Below are positions 50,001-61,753 of a stretch of DNA of 64,000 bases, one piece after another. The stretch is taken from NCBI GenBank assembly GCA_048013815.1, contig CM106586.1, positions 16,182,001-16,246,000 of the forward strand, given 5' to 3'. How positions within the stretch are numbered: position 1 is the stretch's first letter; each line of letters starts with the position of its first letter. The translations under genes were made by a program, and so were the position numbers. The notes under the pieces are model-generated. The model had not been told where the DNA came from. It did not search any database and saw only the letters and a program-made list of their open reading frames with translations. This DNA is from Setoptus koraiensis (Eukaryota; Animalia; Arthropoda).

Positions 50001-51633
50001 TGTTACATCGTAATCTCATCATCGGCTCGATCATTGTATCGTTTTGAGTGTTTGTTTGCTGCTGTCGTAAATCAGTGTCAGACTAAAGAGTCGACAAACA
50101 AAACGAAATCATTGTTAAAACATTATACATTTTACAGAATGCTTAATGTTTCAGCGAGACATGCAAAACGAGATGAATTTAATTTTACGATGAGGCCATT
50201 GTCTTGTAGTGTGTGCAATAGTTGTTTAAAGTTTCCATGACACAACAATAAACACACTATCAATTTATAATCTATGCGCTAATTGATTGAGAGAAAGAGA
50301 GACATCGTTGGTTGTTGAGTGTACACACTCAAAAGGGAGCACTAAAACGTCTTTATGCAAAACTTGAAATGTTCCTCGGAGTGAGCGCTCTATCTGGCTA
50401 TTCCTAAAACAACGCACAACATATCTCATTTGACGTATTGCAAGTGACAACAAAACAGAGAGAGCAACACAACAACAAGAGAGCCGACTCGGATTGACAA
50501 AATCTAGCGTAGCCGTTGGTGCTATCGATCTTGTTGCCGGCCTAATGTTTGTTTGGCGTGTAAACGATACGCTCACAAGAGCATAATGTGGTGGTCGCAA
50601 CAATGCGAAGCTCATTAATAACGCCGTTTGAGAGCATCATTTGCCTGTGAGCTATTGTTGTTACATAACTGAATCGTTCAAACTATCCGCACCATCCACT
50701 TGCCGTCTCACTGCCAATAGTGGTCTATGGATATGATGGACACAAACAGAAATTCCTATTTGCTGCCCATTTCCACTAATAATCACTTGAGTTATTAAGA
50801 GGAATTATCGTTATTAATTATAGTATTCGTGAGTGTGTTATGTTAGTAACATAACTGGAATGCATATGCCGCACCAAAGCAACTGGTGAGTATAACTCAA
50901 TGCGGTGAGTGTGCTGTCCATCAATGAGTGCAAGGAGTAACGAGGCTGTTTGTCACGCAACACGACCATGACGCAACAAACAAGTGCCTGTCATAGGGTG
51001 CACGCTGGACATTGATGATTTGTGGCGCATCAATCAGATCTGGTGATGTTGTTGTTGAAATTGCAAGCTTGACTGGCCTCTGTCTGGTGTGGTGTTGAGA
51101 GCCCCCGTTGCGAGAGACGCAAGTCGAGAGAAATATTTGGTAGTTGTGTCTGTTACACACAACTATATTACACAGTTGAGCAACAACGACAACAACAACT
51201 GACTTAAACAGCACACTGCCCGTACTCGTACGCCCAACGCAATGAAAACAACGACAACAACATGAAAAATAACAACATAAATCATATCGCATGCCCGATG
51301 ACGACAGTAGTTGCTTTTGACAAATCTATCGTCCGTCGTGAAACTGTTGCGCACTGTTGGCCCATGAGGCACTGATTTTGTTCCTTTTGGCGAAAGTTGT
51401 GACAGCACACAGTTCGCGCCCTCTGTCCGACTGTTCCGAATGCAAAAAGTGCCACCATTAAAAGTCAATATGTGCCTTGTCGTCGTCGTCGTCAATTGGA
51501 AGCGAGCGCCTTCCTGTTGTTCAGTGTCCTGCTGGCGATTCACAATTAGCAATTTTGAAAGACGCACCAGAGGGGCGTTGGCTTGTTGTTGGAGGAGCAA
51601 GCACGCGCTACTGGGTGCGTTGAAATCGATACC

Positions 51634-51759
51634 GCTCGGATCTGTCAGCTCGGATCCGTTGGCTCGGATCTGTCGGCTCGGATCTGTTGGCGCGGATCTG
51701 TTGACTCCGATCTGTGGGCGCGGATCTGTTGGCTCGGATTTGTCGGCTCCGATCCGTTG
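51634..51759. repeat. 9 x 14-bp minisatellite (gctcggatctgttg)
   Basis: Nine contiguous units with 0-3 substitutions each and no spacers. Confidence 0.92.
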
Positions 51760-54583
51760 GCGCCCTGGACATGTGCTGCTAATTAAAATGGAGCAACTTG
51801 GCCGCCGGAACACAGAGGGCGAGAGATGGCATGCCAGCAGCAGAAGTAGCGTTATGCACCAAACAGGCCAATTACGCCATGAGATGATGCTCGGATCAAA
51901 ACTGTTCACTGAGAAGCTCTCTCCCTCTAGATGCCAGCATCAGTTGTAACCATCGAAATGCCAACATCAGTTGCAACTATCGAACTGAGAGTGAGAGAAA
52001 GAAGCATCTGGCCACTGCCAGTCACACGAGCGGTCAGTTGAGTAGAGCGAAATAAATCTGGCACGATGTCGACCACCTTTGATGTTGCAAGCAGAGGCTT
52101 GTGGGTCACACAAGTGACCGGCAGCAGTATTTGCTGGCAACAGTATGTACGGCTTTGGGTTGTTAGCACGACTCACAGTTGGCATTTGTGGCACAGTTTG
52201 CGCATGCAACGACCACCATTTTGCAGCAGCCGTGTCGATGATGTAAGATCTGGGAAATTATCAGCTCGCTATTGAGAACGGGCCACTTTCCATCTACCAC
52301 TGCCACTATTGGCGCTGTTGTTGTTGCTGCCGTCGGTGTTGTTGTTGTTGTTGTTGCTGCCGCTGTCGCTGGACGACGTCAATGGCGACACGACTGACCA
52401 GCGTCGTGGGCACAGGCGCGGCGGCTGCATTTGCATCGGATGATGAATCATCTTTGAGCATCTCGTCGGACAGTCTCTTGTGGATCGTGCTTGTTGGAGC
52501 ATCACCCCGGCTTCGAGTCAATTTATATTGAAGCGTATCATTGTGCATGAGCGACACGTCGACATGTGTGGCACACAAACAACAACAAACTATGCAAACG
52601 GGCCAGCCAACTTTCGCCCAGAAACGCAGCGAAAGTCAACAGACTCGTTATTGTATCTGTTGCACAATCTATTATTACATAATAATAACAATATTACACT
52701 GGCCGACATTGGCGTGGTGTCATAACGCGCGATGGAGCGGATGTTGCGCAACTCACAGTTACGCATGACAGTTGCATCACATGGGCCGGCGCTCGAGTGC
52801 GAACACTGTTGAAGGGGCCAGTGGCGCCACCTCTCACTGCACTCTCGTTAGCTGGTCATCGAGCGATTGGTCAGCTTACCAATGGATCCGTCGACCAATC
52901 GAATCGCAAGCGATTTTGGCATCGATCGACTGTGTGCGAACGGCGAAGCTGTGGCCGGCCGAAAATCGCTGGACCAGAGTTCAAAATAAGTATTAATAAT
53001 AGCAGTAATGATGAATCAGGTTGTGTCCGATGGCTCGATTGATTGCATAAATAGTTGTGTGTTGATAGGCATTGCGGTGAGCAATGCCCTGCAAAAGGAG
53101 GCAACTTTTTCGAAACGGGCAGCATTTTGAACAGCCTCGGGCTGACTTGTCGCCGACATTTGATTGCACACTAATGCAAAATGTAGAGCAAAACGTTGCC
53201 AGTTGAGACATGCCAACGATTAGCAAACGGTAACAATTTATTCGATTTATTTCCCAACGAACCCAATCGACAATCCCGATATTGGCCAATATATCAGCTG
53301 CCTGAGACTGGGTCTGACTTTGTGAGTGCGCTAGTTGCAGCGCGTTGCCAGCCCAAATCGATGCCCATTCACCCTAATCCGTCCGCTGTATGATAGTACT
53401 GCTAATTAATCATTATTCGAGAGCGAGGGAGACGGCATGCAAGTGAGCGGATTATAATTAAGCTGCCGGTCAACTGTTGTCGGCTGGCCAACTGTTGTCG
53501 ACCGGCCACTTATGCACTTTGGCCGGATACGCAATCCCTGTTGAAAAGCGCTCAGTCGTCCGCTAATAAATTAGCTACTTAGCCAACAACGTGACATGCT
53601 ACTACTCATCATTTGAATTAAAACAAACTCTCGGCCCATTATTGGTCGCTGACCATCGCAATAAAAACCCAAAGCACAAATGGCGCGCCATGGTGCTGGC
53701 ACTTCGACAGGCACGACCAATAATACTCACCTAACCATACTATCAAATCACAGCGACAATAATAATTGGCACACGCCTAATTAGATCCCCCGAACGCCAA
53801 TAGTCACTATTGAATAGTGGCTCGCCTGTTGCGAGCGGCCAAACAATGCGGCCACAAGTTACCTTTTTGTCTGGCTCGAGTTTTGTGTAAAAATGAAAGC
53901 GCAAAATGCGACAAACACTCACCTGACGGCTGGCCCGACTAACAACGACGGAGCGGCCAATCAGGCCACGATATACGAGCATGCAAAAAAGTTAGTTGGC
54001 CCACATTGTTGTTCGCCCACACACGGCGCCATTCTTAATGCAATCGAGTATTTTATTTGACTAGATACGAATATGAGACTAACTAACTAACCAACTAACA
54101 CTACACAAGCGATGCAAAAATGATTTGATGTTGCCTGTTGACTTGACGAAACAACAGCAACAGTTATTAACGAGAGTTGCTGCCCCTGCAAAATGGGTAT
54201 AAATTTCTGCTAACTCAACAGCAGCATTCCTTTCTCCTTTGTTGCCGACGCTCACTTGAACCGGAGAGAAGAGACTTAAATGAGCCTCTAACAAAGCTCA
54301 TCATATGGTTCACTTGAGATAAATATCTCGGCCGGCCGGCCGCTGACACAGCCAACCCCGAAGAGTTGAGCGGCTCCTAATTAAGCCAAAGCATGTAAAT
54401 GGCATCGCACAACCACCGGCTTGCAAACAACGTCTAACCAAACAACGTCTCTCTTTGTCTGTTTATCGTTACGCCACATTCTATTGTTATATTTGTGCGT
54501 GTGTGTATGTGTGTGTTTGTTTATTTATCTATCCATTGGCCGTCGTTTTTTATGTTGCGCGCAACGCAATTAACAACGCTCAG

Positions 54584-57495
54584 TTTAACGTGAGCTACCT
54601 GGAGGGAAAAGAGACTCATCATATGGTGGCCGAGTCGAGAGGAAACATAATGTCGTTTAGGTTTTTATTGGACAGAGATAACTATCAGCGTGATCCTAAT
54701 TTGCGCTTTCACGTAGTGGCAACGGCCTTCACCACAAGTAAGTACCATTTTACATTGCATAACATTATACAGTATTAGACAGCATTATGTGGCAGCATAT
54801 ACTCTCTCGCGCAACCAACACAATTGACGCTAAACACTTCCGTTTTGCGGCTCGGCTCGCTCACACGTCGAAGCGACACAGTTAGACGCTAATGAAAATG
54901 AAATGATATGTATTGCGACCGTCTCGTCTTGTTGCGCTTGGATTAACAATTTGCCGCCGTTGCTATTGTTGTTGCCGTTGTTGTTGTTGCTGCCGTTGTT
55001 GTTGCTGCTGTTGTGTCAATAGACAATCAACACTCGCTTGCATATGCAACGACGGCCGCGACCACCACAAGTTTCGCTTTAATGTCACGCTTCGTATGAC
55101 TCCTTTGTCTGGCTCCATTTCTCACCTTGTCTGGCGCTTGTTGTTGCTGTCGTTGCTCTCTGTTGTGGTCATTGGTTGTATGCACGACCGTGTTTATGAC
55201 GACAATATGTCAATGACAATGTATGCCAATGCAAACAATGATATTCACACAACATTGACATTGATGCCGATACAAAAGTAAACACGATATTGCCCTGATA
55301 TTATTATTTTGACTGCCTTTTGCCCACGACCGTCCAGGGGGCTTCGATGAGAACAACAAGTGCAAACAAGATTCACTTACAGGCGCCACTGGCGCCATCT
55401 AACTGCTCGGCCATGAGACGATTTGCACGCGAGAGGGGGCGCATCAAGAAATCAGTTTGATCTACTTTAAATTGGCTCCGTTCACCTGTCGAGTCTGTTG
55501 AACCTGTTGTCAGGCCAGTTTAGCTTGTTGTTGAGCCTGACGAGATTGCTGAACATGTCGACATGTCGAACCCGTTTCATACCAGGATCGTGCGCCTCTA
55601 ACACATGTCTTTTGCGGCTCAATGCGCAAATCATCTCAGACAATTCGAAATTGCGGGCCAACTGAATGACGGCTGATAAGTGGCTACCTTATCGCTACGC
55701 CGTCACAAGTCAGACAATTACGTAAACGTTTACTCAGGGTGCTAAATTGTAAGCTGCCACTTAACACTGTGCAGCACACTGCAACAAACTTCTTTCAACT
55801 TCTTTTATGACGAAACTTTTACAGCCACCAATTCTGACCGAAGTATTAACTGCCCACACTTTATTAACCTAATATCTATGCGTTTGTCTTCCTATCTGAT
55901 ACGTCTAGCCAACAACGAAGATTTTGCCCGCCAGCCAAAACGCGCTTCAATGTTCTCTTGCGACCATGAGCGATTGATCGACAAATCGTTGGTTTGCGAT
56001 AATTTCACCAATTGCGAAGGTAGGTAGCGCTCAGGTAATCGTATAAGAGTCGTTATATCACTGGCTACCAGTTTGATTTAGAACAGTGAAGGAACAATTG
56101 CTGAGTTAGTTAGTAGTCGAGTTGTTTGTGTGTGAAACACAAACAATGATATAAATGATAAATGATAATGTTAGCCGAGCAATTGTTGCGTTTACGTTAG
56201 ACCAACTCGCACTGACTCACAATGACCATTGCCTAGGCTATTCATCGTGCACTTTGCACTTAAACAATCTGATTAATAAAGCCAGCGCAACTGACCGGCA
56301 ACAACATTAAAACTTTGTCTTTGTTTGCGTCCGGCAAACTAAGGCAACAACACAATAAAAGCCACTTGGCTACTGTACAAATGTGGTGTTGTTTGCCGAG
56401 CACATTCTTCTCACCTGTCCGTGTTTTTGGTTGTCGTTCCCGTAGTGAGTTTGTGCAAGCGCGAAGCCAGTCGTTTACAGAATTTTCTCTGCTGCTGTTC
56501 TGTCGGGGCAAATATTTGTCGACAACACTAACATTCCACCCGATTCTTCTCTTCTTTTCACTCTATGCTACACACCAATATTGACAAAAAACCAATACTG
56601 TGTACACTCACACAACAATAATTAACAATTATCAGATGGAACCGACGAAGACAAGAGCAATTGTTACTTGAACTTGGATGCCGATCAACAGGTGACAGAA
56701 CTTTATCCTGGACAGACCAATAACGACAATAATAAAATAGCCAGCGAAGATCAGATAGTGAAAAATCTAGGAGATAATAATGCGCCAGTGTCTAAATTGG
56801 ACCAACATCAATCAACGTCATGGACCAGTTATGTTTACACCATTATGAAGCTTATACTTTTATTGTTATTGTTGTTATTATTGGCACTTTTTTGTTTTGG
56901 TCTCTTGCTGATGTGGCGCAGAAGATTGAGACCGCATACAGAACGCAGTCAGACAGACACCGCTGACAGAATTAGCACTCCATCCACAAACAAAGATTCT
57001 AGTCTGGGTGTCAAAAAACGATTTACTAGAAACAGATTTCAACCAGGCACTGCCACTAAAGGATCTATATTTTCATTTAATAAGCCGCCAGGGCCCAGAC
57101 CGTCCGATCTGTCCACAAATCTGGCCGTAGCCTCGATGTTACCTGGAGGCAGCGGTGCAACAAACAGACCATCGACTAGTGCCACTAGCACCCTCACTAG
57201 ACCAGTGCCGGCCAAACGAAAATCAAATCAGCCTACCAGACAGACAAGTCAATCTCCAACTGTCAAACAATTTGGAAACAAACTAGACAGATTTGTTGAG
57301 CTGACGCCTGCCTCTAGACCGTCAGAGCAATCATTAAATGTTTCCTATTATCATCAATCCTCCATGTCACGTTCCTTTGCCACTCCAAGTCCGGGCGGGT
57401 CTATTCTAGTGCCGAGAGAAACAATGCGCACAGTCTATATGCAAACAGACAAGAGGCCCTCGTATCATAGTGGCCTGCCATCATCTCAGATTTAA
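54584..57495 (+). CDS. 3' part of a single-pass membrane protein: CUB-like segment, LDL-receptor class A repeat, TM helix, Ser/Thr/Pro-rich tail (exons 54584-54737, 55909-56019, 56636-57495)
   Basis: Spliced translation gives FSCDHERLIDKSLVCDNFTNCE|DGTDEDKSNC (LDLa DxxDE motif split across a phase-1 intron), a Leu-rich TM followed by WRRRLR, and upstream ESRGNIMSFRF...FHVVATAF resembling the end of a CUB domain. 5' exons were not located. Confidence 0.75.
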
Positions 57496-58107
57496 CCTAA
57501 CTAACTACGGATTACAGGTATATGTTGTGTGTCAAAATGGAAACTATCTAATCAGCAACTATTTTTGTATACAAATCAACAACAATGTGTGATTGACAAG
57601 CAATAAATATAACATCGTGAAAGTATTTGATGGCGTAACTCACGATTTCTTTATATAGCTAAAAAAAAATATGTAATAGCACACCAACATATAAAATGCA
57701 CCAATCAACAGAGAATAATTGTATTGAATGTTTTTCATTAAAATAGATCTTACATCATCATAGCTGATGTTGCGTCACATTGAATATTTTCTTCCTTGGA
57801 TCGCCAGACATAGACACATGATCAAGCCCTCTTGCACTGGTTTACTCCAACCCGAAACGCGACTCGACTTGAGAATGGTTTCACCAATGCCAAAAACGGT
57901 ATAGGCAGAGAGTAATTGTATTGAATGTTTCTAAATTAGTTGAGTTAGAAAAGTGTTGGTCGTCCAATATTGTATTTTATTTTATAGTATAGGTATATTT
58001 TTAATGATATTGTTAATGATTAATATTCATATTGTCACAACTGTTTTTTCTTTTTTTTTTCTTTGTAATAAGTGAATCGTGTTCTATGCTAACAATGCTC
58101 TTGATGC

Positions 58108-59014
58108 TTATTTTCCTTCAGGAAATGGGCCGGCCATCAATTTTTTGATGAAAGCTGCGACGGGACATGATGTAAAGAGGATTTTTTTTTCGAAAGAATT
58201 CAAAGTCATTTGATTAGTTATGTATCATCAGCTACGTGTTGCCTGGACAATGAACAGGGTCATTGTTTGAGGCCCGTTTAGTTGACTTTGAGGCCGTTGT
58301 GCAACTTACCCTCATATTTGATAAAACCATCCTCATCAGCTGGACCAGAAACTGAGGCCATTATCTCCTCGCATTCGGCATCGGTTAATTTCTCACCAAG
58401 AGATAATAGAACATGGGCTAATTCGGCCTCCATCATGGCACCATTCTCGTTTTTGTCGTACACTTTGAGACCCTCCATGAAATCTTCGTAGGCTCCACAT
58501 TCTTTTTCTTTTTTGACTTGACTCATTATGGGCAAGAACTCTTCTATGGTCAGTTTCTTTTCTCCTCTCTTCTTGGAGCCGCCATTCTTTTCAACAAGTG
58601 CATTTGTGGGTCTCAGATCGAGCGATCTGAGTAGATCGCCCAGGTGTAAAGCGTCAACTTTTCCGATACCTTCAAAGTCGTAAATGTCAAAATGAAGCTT
58701 AGCTCCTAATTTTGGCACGAATATTTAAGAGGAACACGCACGGTAGAGCACAAGGTTGGGTCATAATTGGGCGCATTTCAGTGAAGACGAGAATACTAAA
58801 TTGTCTGCAATTAATTAACTAATAATATTAATTAATTAACTAGCTACTTACGTTCTACTTCTGCAGGCTTGAGATCGGCCTGAGATGGGCAAAGCGATGG
58901 GCGAAGATGATGATAGCGTTGAATGACAACAATTGGAATATTAGCTTAGTTTTTGTGTGAAAGAGATAATTAAGGTATGATATTTGAACTGTTATTAGTC
59001 TAGTGACCTACCAT
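58108..59014 (-). CDS. Mlc1: Myosin essential (alkali) light chain, muscle type; exons 59014-59012 (ATG only), 58879-58852, 58705-58310, 58154-58108
   Basis: M|ADLKPAEVE|RAKLHFDIYDFEG..KVD...LGDLLRSLDLRPT, EEFLPI, YEDFMEGLKVYDKNENG, LGEKL, DEDGFIKYE|AFIKKLMAGPFPEGK*. Canonical introns, all in phase. Confidence 0.95.
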
Positions 59015-59307
59015 TGTAGGATATTTTGTGGTTTGCTCGGCTGCTGTTTTGATTGGTCACTTTTGATTCACTACGTTCACTGGTGGCTAATTAAACTCGA
59101 GAACAGGTTAATTAGTGTGAAGATTGATTGTTTTTGATGAATGTAGCAGTTGATTGAAGTAGTGAGAGTATTGAAACGAACGACAAATGACTCAGGCCAG
59201 CTTGCAGTTTGGATAGCGAGCTGTCTAGACTGTGTAGAGGATATTTGAGTAGCGCCAGAAAGAAGGACGCAAGGGGGGCAGGGGGGCTGCGCTGAGTTTG
59301 TGAGTCT

Positions 59308-59365
59308 GCAAAGTTTGTTTGTAAAGTTTGTTCGCAAAGTTTGCTTGCAAAGTTAGTTCGCAAAG
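59308..59365. repeat. 4.5 x 13-bp tandem repeat (gcaaagtttgttc)
   Basis: Direct reading; lies upstream of the Mlc1 ATG exon. Confidence 0.85.
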
Positions 59366-61394
59366 AGGCACTCGAGCGAAAGTGCCAATGTGAATATTGC
59401 CGAGCCTATAGTGACGAAGACAAGCCACCATGGATGTGGTAAATGTCATTCGTCATAATTGTTGTTGTAACGCGCGATGAGCAGCGATCTAGCCAGCCAG
59501 TCGGTGCCCCCGTGCGCCCGCCCCGATTGGGCACCGTCTCTAGTTTCAATTTTAGTTTTATTTTTATTATTGAGCCAGCGTTTTGTCGTGAGCTGATTCG
59601 AACGAGGCGAGAAGCAAGTCAAGTGAACAGACTGATGATTTCTATTAGACGCGCCTAGCGAATGTGGAACATGTGAGCTTTTCGTTGTTTACCTCATACT
59701 GCTGGTCGTCTTGACTGAATGCAAATGGCGCTAGACGATTCGAGAGAACTCATTTGTCGACCAAGCAACAACACTACGGTCGTGCGTTCGAGTAAATTAA
59801 ATCTCTTGTAGAGCGAGCGGGAGGAGTCAGCGTAGCCGCTATTGAGTAAATCCCCAAACTGATGCTCTCACACATGCATTATCCAATGGAATAATTATTA
59901 TTCTTAATTTTATTATTATTATTATTGGATGAATCAGTGGTGTGTCGTTGTTTACACATCGCATCACGCTTACATGTTTGCCACCAAGGAACTGAGGCAG
60001 ACGGGCAGGCAAGCAAGCAAGCATTTTAAAGTCAACTGATAGCTCTAATAGCCTGCATCAGCCTGGCAAGCTGCTGATAATTGCAAAGCTGCCTTGATAA
60101 TGACTGTCACCCGAAAGAAAGTCATTAGTTGTGTGTTTTCCTCTCTGGCTCACATAGTCTGGGCGTGTAATATTTGTATTTAGCGTTAGCGAAGCGTTAA
60201 AAGTCGTTAGATGCGTGCCTAGCCACCAAATATATTTCTATGCCACCATTATTGGTTGTAGATTTGCGCCATTTTCTAGCCGCGCTCATCTTCTTCTTTT
60301 TCTGCGGGGTTTGGCCTCATTCTCGCTGTTCATTCAGCTATCGCTAAGCTACCGCACGGCGACAGTCTAGTCGGCGGCAGTTGTTCATTGGAACTACTGC
60401 AGTAGTCTAATTTGTTCCGACGACAATCTTTTAGCCGCAACCCTGATTGTGCCCCAGCTTAGAGGCTCCCTCTGTCTGTCTCTCGTAAGTTGTGCCGCAA
60501 GATGCCACATTTGTTGAGAGATAAGTGTACTCCATCAACTATCAACTGCACGCCGGCGTCAATCTGAACAAATATGATACTCAATGGACGATGTATCCAA
60601 GTCAATAGTTGATAGTATTGATATTTTGCTTCTTACACTCGCTCGCGGCGACGACGACGACGTTCGAAACACCTCCAAATATCTGCCCATCAACCATGCG
60701 CATCTGGGAGGCATCGAGGGTCGCAGCCACAGCAAACCATGATTGTATCCACTAATAGGGGTGACGATAACATTCAACAAAGGTCTCCCCAGCATGGAAA
60801 CACATTGTGTGTCTGTGTGAACAAGATCCGTCTAGTCTGATGATATACAATGACCAAATTAGTCACTTCACTGTGTCAGTCTGATGAATTAGTGAGGGCC
60901 AGTATGGCACATCGTCTAATGCTCGCCGACAATAAACCGACTTGTGTAAAAACAAACGGTATTTGAAAGAGCTTGGCGGCTGAATGTTAAAAACGTTCCT
61001 TTTGTGTAAACTGTCAATTCAGCGGGCTCTGGTCTGACGAACAACTTGCTGACATACTAACGATCAGCGACATTTCCCTGGTTCAAGCCTCCCCTTGCCT
61101 GCTTATTAAGCAGTGCTTAATAAAAGTCTCCGACAAACACTTTGCGAAAGTACCCCACTTTGCAACACGTCGTGCTCACAACAAAAGATAAACATATCGC
61201 AAGTTATCGTCGGAGCACTTTGCTTCGCCAGCACCCCTCGCGGCCATTCATTGAACTAGACCGAGTGACGTTACAGAGCAGTCGTCACATGGGCTGAAAA
61301 AGGGACCGAAAACCGATTCGAAGCCGCCGATAGCCTCTCCAGAAACAATGCCCAACGAGTTATATAACTGATATTTTCCATTTAATTTATCAAT

Positions 61395-61625
61395 ATGGGC
61401 AGATGGACATTCGAAGTGGCGAAAATGTTCATGTATTTGGGCTTTCCCGTTGTTTGTTTCTTGACATTTAACAATCCCATGTTCTATGAGAACGCCCTTC
61501 AAAAAGCATTGGAGAAGGACATGAAACACATAAACTTGGATAATCTGATGAAACTGCAGGAATCCACTGAAGAGAGCCAGCAAGATAGTTTAGATAAACT
61601 AATCAAAGAAATTGAAAAGCAATAG
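61395..61625 (+). CDS. PET100: PET100 cytochrome c oxidase assembly factor homolog, 76 aa
   Basis: MGRWTFEVAKMFMYLGFPVVCFLTFNNPMFYE matches the family pattern W.LEV.KM..Y..FPV..F..FN.P..FE, followed by a charged helical tail. Confidence 0.87.
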   Translation: MGRWTFEVAKMFMYLGFPVVCFLTFNNPMFYENALQKALEKDMKHINLDNLMKLQESTEESQQDSLDKLIKEIEKQ

Positions 61626-61753
61626 ATCAGCAGTATATTCATAAAAAACGTTTGTAGAGGATCATGTAACAAAATTCTTCTGGTGTGATTTTTTGATTTT
61701 CTTTGTTTATTGGTAGTTTGAAAATTTGGCACTAACAATTTTTCACTAAATCT

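Noticed and set aside
51634-51759. CRISPR-like array
   Set aside because: Contiguous 14-bp units with no unique spacers, in a eukaryotic context with no cas genes. The same applies to the other tandem repeats.
45465-53400. Short ORFs across the second gene-poor region, including 51163-51909
   Set aside because: They are driven by repeats and low stop density. Only the 48624 segment has a plausible in-phase acceptor, and it is noted in the findings.
60585-60743. 52-codon plus-strand ORF (MDDVSKSIVDSIDILLL...)
   Set aside because: Too short, with no homology recognised and no supporting splice or promoter signals.
61020-61100. tRNA-like T-loop (ggttcaagcc)
   Set aside because: The flanks do not pair as a T stem, and no cloverleaf or A box is present.
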